NCBI GenBank assembly: GCA_050230475.1 | Contig: JBFLGF010000036.1 | Span: 1 to 64,000 of the forward strand | Direction: 5' to 3' | Origin: Ancylonema sp. | Taxonomy: Eukaryota | DNA: 64,000 nt | Notes under the pieces: generated by a model | Database searches by the model: none | What the model was told of the DNA's origin: nothing | The model's input: the letters and a program-made list of their open reading frames with translations, nothing else | Shown: positions 36,235 to 50,085 of the stretch, piece by piece | Numbering within the stretch: position 1 is the first letter of the stretch | Layout of the letters: each line of letters begins with the position of its first letter | Program-made: the position numbers and the translations under genes

Positions 36235-38517
36235 ATGGCGGCAGCAGCCTCCGCCATCTATTTTCTCAACTTACGAGGGGATGTGCTCATCAATCGAATG
36301 TACCGCGATGATGGCGGGTAATCTCCATGACGCAATGTGGCGAGACCCTGGCTTGTTTAGTGACTGACTTGCCCGTGCCTCTCATGGGTAGCAGGGGGTC
36401 CCTGGTGGACGCTTTTCGTACGAACATTCTGCACAGCAAGGACCTCGGAGTGTGTCCCGTGCGGCAGCTAGGGAACGCTTCCTTCTTATACATGCGGGTC
36501 AGCAACGTGTACATCGTTATGACAGTCACATCCAATTGCAACGCGGCTTGCGCGTTTAAATTCGCGGTTGAGGTCAGTGGCTGTTTTGCAACCCAGCTTC
36601 TGGACCGTCTTAAGAAGGGCAGCAGTTGGAGTTGACAGAAGGGGGGAAGGGGCTCAGGCGGTGTCGCTCTTTAAATCTTACTTTGGCGGGGCCTTCAATG
36701 AGGATGCCATCAAGAACAATTTTGTGCTCATATACGAGCTTCTGGATGGTACAAATCTCCTCTCGATGATTCTCATACTCGCAATGATCTTTTTGGAGGT
36801 GTGAGCTGCGCACCGGGCGCAAGTAGTAACTGTCCATTTTTCATCCCGTTCCACACCATTTCGGGTCGGACGTGTGTGCAGAGATCATGGATTTCGGGTA
36901 CCCGCAGAACTTATCCCCCGAGATATTGAAGCTTTACATCACGCAGCATGGGTTCAAAAATCCTTTCTCCAAGGTCTCTCTCCCGGCTATTCCGCCATTC
37001 TGCCATTCTGCCATTCTGCCGCTGTCCTTCCTGAAACCCTCTCTCCTTCTCTCCCTCTGCAGAAGGAGGAGATTCAGGTCGCTCCGAATGCCACGCTGCA
37101 GGTGACAGGGGCGGTCGGGTGGAGGAGAGAGGGCCTGTACTACAAGAAGAATGAAGTGTTTCTGGACATTGTAGAGAGTGTGAACCTGCTCATGTCCCAA
37201 AACGGTTAGCCCCTAGTCCTTCTCCCCACCCCCTCCCCCCCCGGGGTGCCCCATGCCGGTTATCACTCTGCTGCTCTGCTCTGCAGGCTCCAACTTGCGC
37301 TGTGACGTGAGCGGCAAAATTCTGATGAAGTGCTTTCTTTCGGGAATGCCCGAGTTGAAGCTGGGCCTGAACGACAAGATAGGGCTCGAGAAAGAGGCGC
37401 AGGCGCGCGCTCGGCCGACCAGGGGGTACAATCCCGCATTGCTTCGCCTGCAGCAATGTATCCAGAGCTCATAGTTGACAGGTGGCGGCATGTGGGGGTG
37501 CATGGTGCAGGGGAAAGTCCATCGAGCTGGATGACGTCACCTTCCACCAGTGCGTGAACCTCACCCGGTTCGACACGGAGAAGACGGTGAGCTTTGTGCC
37601 TCCCGACGGCGAGTTTGAGCTCATGAAGTACCGCATCTCGGAGGGCATCAACCTCCCTTTCCGAGTGCTACCCAGCTGGAAGGATCTGGGCAGGACGAGG
37701 TTTCAGGTCAACGTCAAGGTCTGCACGCCCTCCCCCACCCCCTCAGCTGTCTGGCATCCCCCTCTGATGTTTCTGAGGGGCTGGATGCGCAGATTAAGAG
37801 CGTGTTCGGGGCGAAGATGTTTGCTCTGGGTGTGGTGGTGAAGATCCCGGTGCCCAAACAGACGGCCAAAGCCACCTTCCACACCACTGCAGGGAGGGCC
37901 AAGTACTCCTCAGCGCTCGACGCCTTGGTCTGGAAGTGAGTGCTGCATGCTGCACATCCGCCCCCTCTCTCCCTGAAAGAGCACATCAATCCTAACTTTG
38001 GGATACTGACGACGTCTATCACCATCTCAGTATGAAGAATGGAGAATGATTTAGTTTTAGTGAGGTCAGTAGAGAGGTGGTGATGGGGAGAGAGGGGTGT
38101 TGGCATGCGTCAGGATCAAGAAGTTTCCCGGGCAGACAGAGCTGAGCATGAGCGCGGAGGTGGAGCTCATCTCCACCACGACTGAGCAGAAGAGTACGAC
38201 GCGGCCGCCCATCCAGATGGAGTTCCAGGTCAGCCACCGAAAGGGGAAGGGGATGGGGAGTTGGAGAACAGGTTTCGAGCCTAGGGGGGGGGGTGAGGTG
38301 CAGGTGCCAATGTTTACCGCATCTGGGCTGCGAGTGCGCTTCCTCAAGGTGGGTGAAGTGTGCCTATATCCAGGGAAGTGTTGTGTCGTGTTCGGCTCAT
38401 GATAGCTAAGGAGGTTTGGGGGGGGGGTCGGGGCAGGTGTGGGAGAAGAGCAGCTACAGCACCGTGGAATGGGTTCGCTACATAACTCGGGCAGGGTCGT
38501 ATGAAATCCGGGTGTAA
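36235..38517 (+). CDS. AP2M: AP-2 complex subunit mu, copy 2
   Basis: Same exon structure; retains [14 protein letters not shown] and LVWK. Confidence 0.96.
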
Positions 38518-40282
38518 GCGCGGCAGGCGTGTAGAAGCAGCGGTCGCAGAGGAAGGGTGAGGTGGAGACAGTCCACCGCATTATTTGACCGATTCAAAAA
38601 AATCGACTCCTCCACTCTAGCACTCGGACTGTGTACTCGTACGTAGTGACTGTCAGAAGGGGCGCTTGTCAAGATAGGGCCAACTTTAAGCCGAATTGTG
38701 GCTCGTCATAATCGATTTGGTGCTGCCGTGGACGGCAAGCGACCATGAGGGTAGTCGGCAATATGACATCATTTATTGTGTGATAATGATGTGTGTTACT
38801 ATTGACATGCACCTGTTGCAAATGAAGTCAAAAGTTAAGTTAAGGTCATGATGATGCAGCATCTCGTGAGCATGCGGGGTTTAGGGCAGCAGCCAGACTT
38901 GAGTTCACGAATTTGGGGAAGTCTATGCACTTCGCGTCTATTTTCTTGCACTATGTTGAGACCTTTTAAGTGTATGGTGAGAGTGGCCGGAAGAAGTTAG
39001 AACTTTGATTTAATATATCGGTAATCATTCAACAAGGGCCTCATTTGTTGGCTGTGCTATGCTGCTTTATCCATATTTGAGTCCCCCTACTTTTGTACTC
39101 GAGGGAACTTGGAAGTGGCCTTGCATACTGCCCGTATCCCACTCAAATCCGCTTCTTTTTATTGATAAGGTGTTTGCATTATTGGTTAAAAACTTGATTC
39201 GACATCATGAAATTATGTGTGCACAAGACAAGCATTGAATTTTGCGCTTTTATTTATCTTATCACGGGGCTGTATGTGCATGCAAGACAAATTCGGTTAC
39301 ATTTTGCCATGATGATTCATGTTATCAGGGGACTTGGGTTGCCAACATTACTTTAAAGTAACCTAATACCCTTTGGGTCGGTACCTACCACTTTACGTGT
39401 AAATATCACACCGCAAATGTAGAGGTACAGCTAGAGAAGTGTGATGGATAATCATACGTGGTTGAAACATCTATGCGAAGAGTGGTTGACATTGGAGATA
39501 TTTAGCATACTAGAAAAAAAGGAGCTGATGATGGGAAATATTTCTACAATTTGTGAGACATAGCATTTTCCAGATCCAGTGGCCATCCTTTCGTAAAATA
39601 TTTCGAAAAATAATCGTTTTGTACAATGCGTGACCATACTTGAGAGACACATGTGAAATTGTGAATTAAAGTCACCCCCCTCTTTGTCAATACTCTCTTC
39701 TTCGATATTGTCCCGATATAAAAACATATCCGTCAAAGAGGTATAAAATTCCACTGGAACAAAAGAGACAAATAAAATACATACTTTGTGGATTATTTCA
39801 TGTGTATGTCAATGTATACATATGTATGTATGTGAATGTTTACACACACATTTATATTGTGAAATGTAACGGCCTAGGGATCCGAACTTAGGCTCTGAAG
39901 GAAAAATATTATCCAGTCTCGTGTCTCTCTCGCCTGTACGCGTCAAACATATCACATGTGAGAAACAATTCCCATAAATTCATCATGTGCAAGAACTTAT
40001 TTTTGCACCTGCGGAACCCCATCCCGCCCCAGGCCAGCCCGGGTAGTCTATTCCCAGGGGATGGGACTTCCCCCACCCGAGCTGGATCTCCCATCCCGAA
40101 TTGGTCCCCTCTGGCCGAGCCGGATTAAGGTCTAGGGGGTCAAACGACCCCAAGCGTTCGGGGTTGCGCACCATGCCGCATACTATACCCGTAACCGTCA
40201 GTTACGGTTACAATATGCCGTCTTGATGGATGAAACCCTGGTTTTTAATAACCTCTGATATGGATTACTGTTCCCAGGTCCG

Positions 40283-40369
40283 GGTGAAAATCCAGATGAA
40301 GAGAGAATTCCAGATGAAGGGTTATGCAGCATAAGTTATGTTGCATAACCCTTCATCTGGAATTTCACC
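40283..40369. repeat. Near-perfect palindrome/hairpin
   Basis: AATTCCAGATGAAGGGTTATGCAGCATAA-G-TTATGTTGCATAACCCTTCATCTGGAATT (40306-40364), plus a partial duplicate of the left arm at 40283-40301. Confidence 0.9.
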
Positions 40370-40893
40370 TGTCAGTCGAACAGCATAACTTACTGCCCTC
40401 GCGCTTCAATGTGCATCCTCGGTGAGTCTTTGGCATCTACGGAACTCGACTCCACCACTACCAGTATTTTTTCCCGCCACTTTGAGCTGGTGCTAGTCGC
40501 TATATGGTTAGCGTAAGGATGCAGACTGCAACCGAGACCTACTGTTTTCAGTGAAAAGCATTGATGCTGCAGGCGGTACCATTCTCATCCCTCCGCAGCG
40601 CACCTCTGCGAATCGGACGTGCGCATCCCTCTCCTTTCCCGAAAATGTTGTCCTGGCTATCTTCGCCGGCGCAAATTCCCTTAAATCCAGCTGCTCCAAT
40701 TGCCGAGATACAGTGGGCAGGCGATGCCAAGGGATTTTATCGACAGGTGAGCGAACTGATAACAGACGCTGAAAAAAAACAAAGATGTTGATGTCATACT
40801 AATGCCCTGGTCGCTGCATTTCAGGGTGAGAGGACACCGGCGCCCCCATTCAAGAAACGTGGCTCGGCAGCTGCTTACTATGGGGGCATAGCG

Positions 40894-43104
40894 ATGGATG
40901 CTCATCCGCTCCCGGGTGCTGACGAGCTGAACACATTTTTAAAGTTGCAGCGGCAGCGGGTTCTTGGAGAGGGCGTCGTCACGGTGGTCCTCGGTAATGA
41001 AGCGGCAGGTACATTTTTGACCACGTGAAAGCATGATCTCTTACCGAGACCGAGACTGTCAGAAGGATCAACTATCGGCTGAATACATTTTTTACGGGAT
41101 GGACAATATGAGCTGGGCCTTGTGGTGGTACAAGCGGGATGCAGTCACTGGGATTCGGCTGGCTTCCTACTAGTGCCAGTGTGTCAGGATACTTATCGTT
41201 CACTGTGGGCTCCCACAATGACAAGCAGTAGCCATAGCATGCATTCTGCCTCCTCAATCAGCAGTTCATTGCACATGGAGGCGAACTGGTCGCCTACTTG
41301 CCTTCTTCCCTCGTCAATGTCTGCTGACGGGCACAGAGCAGCCAGAACTCCCTCACAACTACATCTGCATGGGGACGGTAGATAGCAGAGGGGGTCTTTT
41401 GCTGGCTTGGAAAACAGCTCACATTCCCAGTTTCAACACAAGCGCCCTCTCCCTTTGAGAATACGCAGATCTGGAGTCCATAGCGTCCGCTGTAGCCTTC
41501 GCCTACCTGCAGTCCCAGGTGGCCCCAGACCGAGAGAGCACCGCGTACCTCCCTCTTGTCAACATCCCCCGCGCTGACCTCAAGCTGCGCACAGACTGCC
41601 TTTGGCTGCTCACAGACAGCGGGGTGGACATAGACGCCCTCGCATTCGCAGATGAGGTGAGGGTCGAGGGCTGTCCCCTGTATTGCATGTATCCTGTACA
41701 TGCATCATGTATCATGTATGGACGATTCAGTGATGCGACATGAGGAGAATGGCAGGTCGACCTGGAGGCTCTGAGGAGCAGTAACCGCCTGCGCCTCATT
41801 CTGGTGGACCATAACCGCCTTCCCACTCGCCTCCAAGTCAGTCCTCCCCCCACCCCCGCCACACTTCCTAAGTGCCCCCGCCGATGCTGCTAGGTCTGGC
41901 CATGCAGGCCCTCGCCAGCAGCATCGTGGAGATTGTGGACCACCATAAGGTATGCCCCTCCACCCCTTATCCCACACCACCCGTGCCACCCCAGCCTCAA
42001 CCACTCGCGGGGTGGGGGGTGCAGGCAGAGGGGCTCTACCCCTGGGTCACCAAATGTTGCATTCAAGCGGTAAGGAACCTGGGTGGGGCAGCCAGCCTGG
42101 CCTCCCCCCCCCCCACCCCCACATGCTCCTTGGGTGGCAGGTGGGCAGCTGCAGCACGTTGGTGGCCAACCGTATTTCTGAGGAGGCTGGGGATGCTCTG
42201 GGGAACCGAGTCCTGTCTCGCCTCCTCCTGGGAGCCATTCTCTTAGACACCGCCAACTTTGACCCACAGCTGGGGCGCACCCTACCTGCTGATCAGACCA
42301 TGGGGGCGCTGCTGGCTGGGGGGGCGGGGGTGTTGGGCTGCTCTGCCTTCGCCCGACTGCTTCAAGAGAAGAAGGCGGACCAATCCCACCTCACCACAAA
42401 GGAGCTCCTGCGGCGGTGAGAACCAGCTGGCTTGCACTACTGTAGAGTCATCTGAGGGGGGGTAAACCTTCTCCCCGCTATTGGTGTGTCAGTAAGGATG
42501 CGTTTTCTCCCGTGTCTCCACTGGTGTGGGACGGTGTGCAGAGACTACAAGCAGTGGGCTATGGGACCAGGGAGCAACGGGCAGAAGGGGGAGGTGATCA
42601 ATGTGGGGATAGCTTCTATCGGCCTCCCTCTGACTCAGCTGGCTGGGAAGGACCCAAACCTCCTGCCAGCTCTGCAAGCCTTTTCGGCTGCACTTAACCT
42701 ACACGTGCTGGGGCTCATGACTCTGTACACTGCCTCCCCTGCCACTAAGTTTGAGGTGAGGCTGGGGGGATTGGGCCTCTGTGAGGCCGGGGCTGGGGCT
42801 GGGGGGCGTATGATCTGAATCAAAGGATGGGGTTTGCAGCGTGAGCTGGCACTTTTCTCGGACCTAGATTCGCTCAGCAGTGGCCTGGCCTACCACCTAC
42901 AGGCTGACAAGTCAGGGCTCCAACTACGCCCGATCAACGTGAAAGGTGAGGATCCGGGAGGCTTGAGAGTGGTATTAGATTGATGGTTGGGTGGGGTTTG
43001 CAGGCCTGCCTGACAAGGTGAAAGCGTTTACCCAGGGGCAAGTGAGAGCCTCCAGGAAGCAGGTCCAGCCATTACTAGCTGACTACTTTCTGGGAGACGT
43101 GTAA
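40894..43104 (+). CDS. DHH-family exopolyphosphatase (PRUNE/PPX1-like), 9 exons
   Basis: VVLGNEAA|DLES, LILVDHN, IVDHHK, VGSCSTLV, AILLDTANF, LLRR|DYKQW, ASRKQVQP; TAA at 43102-43104. Confidence 0.92.
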
Positions 43105-44250
43105 TGAGGTCATAGTGAAATCAACGAGAGTATGAACATTAAAAATCATTTTTGTGGATAGAGAAAGAGGGAGTTGCAGAAATCTGTATATTTCATGTAT
43201 GCTTAAGGGTGTGATGTTCTTTTCTAAGCAGAATCGATGAGGAAGAAACGTCAGTAAATTCGAAAGCGGAGTGCTAGCACTAGGAGTGGTAATGATGGTA
43301 GGAGAGACCAGGTTGCGCTTAGGGATCTTGGCATGCTCTCCTGGACTACCACGTAAGTCATCGCATATGTTGAGGAAAGGCTTGCGATCCAAGTGCATTG
43401 CCAGCTCCCATGGCTAGGTAGGTTTGTAAGGTACACATTAGTATATCTATACAAGTCAATCACAAAGCGAATCTAAGTCTTAATAGCTAGCACAAAACGA
43501 TGGCTGTGTGAAGACATTCCTAAAAAAAATGCATGATCAAACTGTCCACCGATAGGCAAATCGATGCCTAGCTCACACACACACCCAGCCATTCAGATCC
43601 ACAAACGAACAAGAAACTTACGCAAGTAATTTCTGAGCAAATGACTACCATCCTGTAAATTTGTCTCATCGTGATCAATCTCAAACCAAAAACTGATCAT
43701 TGTGTCGGCTCAATCATAAATCCAACGACATTTCTTGTGTTGTTTCTCCGAGTCAAACCCGAAATTGCCGAGTCAAGAATAGTGCCTCTAGGAATTTGAC
43801 ATTCGAAGTATACCTTCACACGTCGATATTCGTTGAATGGATACACAAACTCTATTATACAAAAACAGGGTGTATGAGAGCCCATAAAGTAAGAAATACT
43901 TGACGCCCTTCTCGGTTCATGCTACACTCTTCTTCCCACTCCACATATTTTTTGACACTAGTGTATATCTTTCATAAAGTCGACATCACTATTTTGCATT
44001 TGTATGTATCTCTATCCACAATGTGCACAGACATACGCCGACCATGCTGTCAACCAAGCTCTCTGAATAACGTGTGTGCACGTCCAGCGCAACAAGACCT
44101 TCAACTGCATCGCTATCTAAATTTGTGTACTCGATTGCTGGTACAGATCCGGATTGTTAAGTCTATATTCTATGAACTTCTATACAGTTATAGTATTCGC
44201 ATACTGCATATGTACACCAGTGTCTGCGGGGCATGACAGGAGAAACTCCC

Positions 44251-46385
44251 CTACGATTCTCCTCCCTGCAACACCAACAAAGAGCACCACGTGTGGATGA
44301 ATACACTCGTGAACACGCCAACAGAATGAGTACGACTCTGTGGCATGCCTACCCAAGGGGGAATGGGAATGCGTTGGGGGTCGTCAGCGGAGCTAAGGTC
44401 CGCATCCAAAAGGGCCCGCAGCTTCAGGGTGACTTCCCCAGCGGTCCCTGCCACCGATCACCGACCACCACTCACAATCATTACCTCTCCTGAAGCACCT
44501 GTGGCCTTCTCGTCTTACCGTCTCCCACCATCTGGTCATCCCATTGGAGGACGGGTTCCACCAGCACTCCGCTGCCACAGAGCATCATCTCTGCCGCCGA
44601 CCGACCCTCCTCCACCGTCACTTTCCCGAATCGGATCCCGTTCAATGGCCCGGTTGGCCCCACCAGCTGCTCTGCCAGCCGCATCACCCTCTTCATGGTG
44701 CACCCCGCCAAGATCTGCACACCACCCAAGGATCAACGATCAAGGGTGCAACATAACATAGCATATCTACCCAGGAAGTGTGCCGAGGTAACGTAAGTGG
44801 AACCTACCGGATCAAATCGTGGCACCAGCAGCTCCCCCCCTTTTGTCACAAACTGTACCCCCCACCCCACCCCAAATCAGTCCCCAGCAAGAGGAGCAGC
44901 GGGAGTTTAGGGTGGCTGGTCCCTCACAGCGCAGTTCATGCTCGGCCCCTCCCCCACAAACCCCTCGTGGTCCCACCAGATGCCAGCTGCCGCCCCAGCC
45001 TGCTCCGCCTGGAGCATGAGCAGGGCGTTGGGGAGGTAGTTCACGCTCTTCACAGAGGCGAACTGGGGGGGCTTGATGGGGATGCCGGAGGTAACCACTT
45101 TCACTCCGCTGGGGGGGTGGCCTAGGGAGGGGTTGGCAATGGCCATGGCGTAGAAATGAGAGCGCTCGCACTCCGTCATCGACAAGCTGAAGCCCCCCGT
45201 GCCCGCAGAGATCCAGTACCGCAGATTGCCCCGGGAGATGTTGGCGGCTGGATAGGGCACCGTCCCCCCCCATGGTGAGACAGAGCGGGGGCAGGCAGGG
45301 ATCTATTTGCAGTTTGCCTACCGGACGCCAGGTGGACGAGGATGTTCCTCAACGCCTCGCGGGGTTCGGGGAGAGGGATCTTGGCTTTGGCGGCAGAGAC
45401 AAGGATTCGGTCCAAGTGGGCGTCCAACTCATACAGATAGCTGAGGCAGATGGCAGGGACAGAATGAGGGAGGCGTGCGACTACAAGCAGTGATCGGCTG
45501 TTTGCCATACCCGTCGAAGATGAGTGCTGTGTCGAACACTCCGTGGCCGCGATGCACCATGTGGTCGTCCATGGGTATCACCATGCCCGCCGGGTCTTTG
45601 GTGATGCCCCCCACCACGCTGGAGTAGAAGGCAGCGTAAGAAGGGGTGAGGGGCTGGGGGGGACGGGTGAGCAGGGCAGCATGAACCTGGGAGGACAGGT
45701 GGCACGTGTTAGTCTCCATCTTCGGCTCGCCCTTCTCGACTCACCTCAGTGGCAGACAGCAGCGGGCTGTGGAGGGATGGATGGCCTTGTGGGTGACTTG
45801 GAGCAGGGCTCGGCTTTGGTTGTGAGGTGGCTGTGGCAGTCACTGTACGATGGTGCAGGAGAGATGGATAATGTCGGAGGTTATCTGTCTGTCGACCATG
45901 TCTGGATCGGCCTTTGTCATTCTGACCGTACAATTGAGACCAGCTAGGAACCACCGACGCCCGCAAAATGCGCCTGCCGATTTCCAGAATATGCATTTCT
46001 ATGAAATGCGCTGCGAACGTGATGCCTCTGAGGGATGTCTTGTCTTATCCACCAAGAAATTTCTCAGAATCTGCAGCAGGCAGTTCTCTCCATACAATGT
46101 GACCTCTTCCCTCCTGTCCGATACTCAAGCATTTGAGGTAAGTAGACGTTCTGAGGGACACATACTTGGACCTCGGGGTTCATTGCAGGATAGTTTCAAT
46201 GAAAGGAGTGAATCCATACCGACTGATTGTCTTCTGGCGTGAGAGATGAGTGGCCGTACCGCTCCTACTGGTCTCATGTCGAAGGAGCATGGCCTGTCGA
46301 GTCCTGCCACACTGGGATCTCGCCACTTCCTGGACCGGGCCCTCCAAAGTCCACGAGTGCCAAACTCCGCGCAGTGGGCAGCCAT
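44251..46385 (-). CDS. Class IV PLP enzyme: plant-type D-amino-acid transaminase / 4-amino-4-deoxychorismate lyase (5' exons uncertain)
   Basis: AFYSSVVGGITKDPAGMVIPMDDHMVHRGHGVFDT, LDAHLDR, LRYWISAG, VKSVNYLPNAL (PLP Lys), EGPSMN, ILAGCT, WDDQMVGDG; well supported from 45842 to 44251. Confidence 0.9.
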
Positions 46386-47335
46386 TTTGCAGGCAGACTC
46401 GGACGCGACGTGGGAGATTCTTTAGGATTGCTGTTTTTTTTTGTGCCAAAGAACAGGTCCCGTCGCCAACAATCGAGAGCTAGGCTGGAGTGAAGGAATT
46501 GCGAGGGGCGGGAAACCACGGACGAGCAAATGTGCACAAGTGATCTTGTGACTCAGAAAACAGAATCGTTAAATGCCTATTTCAGATGTCCCTCGATATG
46601 AGATTCTGCCAGCCGCCTCTCCTCTTAGGCCTTGCTGTATTCTCGATGGGCTGTCGTAATTCCCTCTGACGCCGTAAGTCGACCGATCACTGGTGGAGTA
46701 GAGAAGATTTGTCGGGGCCGGGATTCGCGAAGATGCAACACCGCTTGGACCTGAAGCGCCACCAGCCCACCAAGTTCTTCAAATTGGCAAAATATCCCAT
46801 CCAATCCAGACATGAAGAAAACAAACACATACACACTGTAGGAAACTGCGGCCAGGGTTACTTGTGTCATACTGTTCATGCCGCAGGTGTAATTCGACAA
46901 AGATATACCAGTTATTAGTAGTGGTCTGGCTGGAACGGGATTTTATTTTACTCCCCCGTTGCCACCTTCGTGCCGATGGCGTTTTACGTGAACAGGCCAG
47001 CTCCAGGAGTATGATGTCGCTGCCTGTCTAAAACAAGTCTCAGCTGGAGGCACGTGCTGTGCACACGCGTGAGTGTGAGTGCATAACTAGAAACGGTGAG
47101 GGCAACTGCTTGTGGAGCTTCGCAGATGAGCCCAAATTGCTGTTTCGAGGCCAATGCTGCTCCAAAAAACGTTCGGGAAGCTGCTCGATCTGAAGCTTCG
47201 ACTGCTAAACTTCACTGCGGTAGGGTCACACATCTCAAAAGTCTACAAATCTAATATCAGAATGCGCCTTATGGGGGACGTAGACAAGAAGCCTTGCACA
47301 GCATGGCGGTCAACTTAGATCTCGGATAACCCTCG

Positions 47336-47407
47336 AGTAAGCAGTAAGCAGTAAGCAGTAATCAGTAAGCAGTAAGCAGTAAGCAGTAAGCAGTAATCAG
47401 TAATCAG
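47336..47407. repeat. Heptamer array (GTAAGCA)n
   Basis: About 10 units with GTAATCA variants. Confidence 0.92.
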
Positions 47408-47518
47408 GTGCATATCGCATCTTCCCCAACGATCCAGAGCTGTCCATCCTCTCATGCTACTATTTTGAGGTGACACACTTTTGGTAGAATTGTAGTCCGT
47501 CATCATGACACTCTTCAG

Positions 47519-50085
47519 AATGTCTGCCTCCGTCAAGAGAGTGTAACTTCATCTGTCCCCCACTCACACCAAATCACTTCCAGAGTGCCAAAATCCACAA
47601 CACACCTCGGCTTCCTATATCTTTTCAACGTTCCCCTGCCCACCCCTCCCAGCCGATTGCCATTTCCAGAGGAGCCCAGCTTTGTGGCATTCTCCCCAGA
47701 CACATTGCCAGCCTCCCAAGACCCCCCATCGCCCCCTCTCGCCCCCATGAGTGCTCCGCCCACGGGGTGGTATGGAACGCCCCTTACCCCTGCCTCCGCA
47801 ACCCGGGCGACCCCGCCGTCATGGCCTACCTCGTGGCAGAGACTGAGTACTCAGCCAAGGCTCTCGGGCGGAGAGGCGGGAGGGAGAAGTCGAAGCTGAT
47901 TCGAGAGATGACGGGGAGGATGGCAGCGACTGAGAGCACTCCACCCGAGAGATGGGGGGAGTGGGTATACTACTCCCGGGTGCCACCTGGCAAGGAGTAC
48001 CCTCTGTTCTGCCGCCGCCCAGCAGCAGAGGGGACAGGGGAGGAGGTGGAGGAGGTGGAGGAGGTGGTGTTAGACCAGAATGAGTGGGCTGAACTCCACG
48101 GATACGCTCACGTCGGCATGCTCAAACTGTCTCCCGACCACTCCAAGGTTGCGTTCACATTGGACACAACCGGGAAGGAGCAGTTTCGCCTCGTGGTGAA
48201 GGACCTGAATGCAGCCCAAGGGGGGCGCACCCTGCATCGCTTTCACACCCAGGGTGTGGTGAGTGTGGAGTGGGGAGGGGATGGGAGCACGCTCTTCTAC
48301 ACGCTGGCAGACGTCCACCAGCGGCCCTACAGGCACGGTACACGGCACCGTACAGGCACAGGGGGGGGACATTGTGTTCTCTCGTTCTCTCGCTGATGGC
48401 TGCTAGGAACGGGTGACACCAACGTGCGGTTCAGAATTATGCGGAAAGACGCAGCAGGCGACCACCTCCTCCTCTCTAGCGACGACCCGTCTTGCTTTGC
48501 TGATGTGGCACGGACGAAAGACTGGCGATACATCACTCTCAACCTAAACACCAAAACATCATCCGAGGTAGGGACCCCCCCTACCCCCCCCCCCTTTGCG
48601 CAACCAAACTCTAGCAGTGGCCTGGGTGCAGGTTTGGGTGGTGGATGGTTCGCAGCCGAGAGGTGCCCCCGTGGTGGTGGAACCGCGTTGTCCGGGTGTG
48701 GAGTACTTTGTGGAGCATAACCGTGGTTGCCTCTACATTCTCAGCAATGGGGGGGAGGGAGGGGAGTATCGCCTGTACCGCACGCCGTCTCACACCCCTG
48801 GGAGGGCCCACTGGGAGGTAAGGAAAAAGAGTGTGGGGTATGGATCGGGTGATGCTGAGGCTGCATGTGCGTGGAGGTTCAGGAAGTACTTCCCCCTCGC
48901 CCCGACTCTGTGGTGGTGGACCTGGACATGTTTGCGGAGTATGCTGTGCTCTATGAGAGGCATAAGGGCCGACCCCGCGCAACCATCCTGCCCATCCCCG
49001 ACGCCACCTGTGTCTTACCGGTAGCGTCAGAGGAGCTACGAGACGTGGCGCTGCCGCCCTTGATCGGGGGATCTCGGATGGGAGAAATCAATGCAGGAGC
49101 CAATCAGGAGTTTTCAGCGTCCTCTGTGCGGATGGCTGTGTCTAGTGCCATTCTGCCTGAGGCCACCTTCGACTGCCACCTGGCGAGTGGGCAAGTCACT
49201 CTGCTACATCAGCAGCCAGTGGTGCTGCCTGCCTACTGTCCCCAAACCCCCTTGATGGACCTGAGCCCCCTGTACAGCCAGGAGGAGCATGAGGCCCTCT
49301 CCTGGGATGGGGCGGTAGTCCCCCTCACCATTCTGAGAGCCAGGGGGGAGGCTGCGGGGAAGGTGCTACTGCACAGCTATGGGGCTTACGGGCAGAGTCT
49401 GGCAGTGGAGTGGGACAGCAACCGCCTGTCGCTGCTGGATAGGGGGTGGACTCTGGCGTTCGCACATGTGAGGGGGGGGGGGGAGCTGGGCAAGGCGTGG
49501 CACAGAGGGGGGAAGCTGGAGTACAAACTCAACTCCTTCCACGACCTCATTGCCTGTGCGGAGCTGCTGATTGAAAGGGGGGAGTGTGAGGGTGGGGGGT
49601 GGGATGGGGGAGGAACGCTGGCTGGGAAGGGTGGCAGTGCTGGGGGGCTGCTGTTCGGAGCTGTGGCCAATATGAGACCAGATTTGTTTCGAGCACTCAT
49701 CCTTCAGGTGCCCTTTTTGGACATTTTGAACACTATGATGGACGCCTCCCTGCCCCTCACCTCCCATGAGTATGAGGAGTGGGGCAACCCAGAGGTGGAT
49801 TCAGAAGTCTTCCACCGGTTGCGGGCGTATTCCCCGTACGACAACTTGAGGAGGGGGGGTGGTACGTACCCCGCCATGCTTCTCTCTGCATCCCTGCAGG
49901 ACACGAGGGTGGGGTATTGGGAGGCGGCTAAATTTGCAGCCAAACTGCGGGCGCTCGACTCCTGCAACAGCGCTCCGTTGTTTCTTTGCAGCAGTATGGA
50001 CACGGGGCATTTTGGAGAAGGGGGGAGGTATCAGCACCTGGATGCTGTGGCGCGAGAGTATTCATTCTTGTTGAACCATGTGTGA
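47519..50085 (+). CDS. Oligopeptidase B / protease 2 (peptidase S9A); first exon(s) not resolved
   Basis: PPIAP...AHG, STPPERWGEWVYY, KLSPDH, beta-propeller segments, YGAYG, AHVRGGGELG, catalytic GGSAGG, YEEWGNP, QDTRV, TGHF; TGA at 50083-50085. Confidence 0.93.

Larger units (their letters stand above)
30502..39800 (+). repeat. Tandem segmental duplication (units ~30502-35157 and ~35720-39800) covering promoter, AP2M gene and downstream DNA
   Basis: Both units start ACTCTTACAACTTCTCGAATATTTAAGG and end near TACTTTGTGG; offset 4538 bp at the ATGs. Confidence 0.95.
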
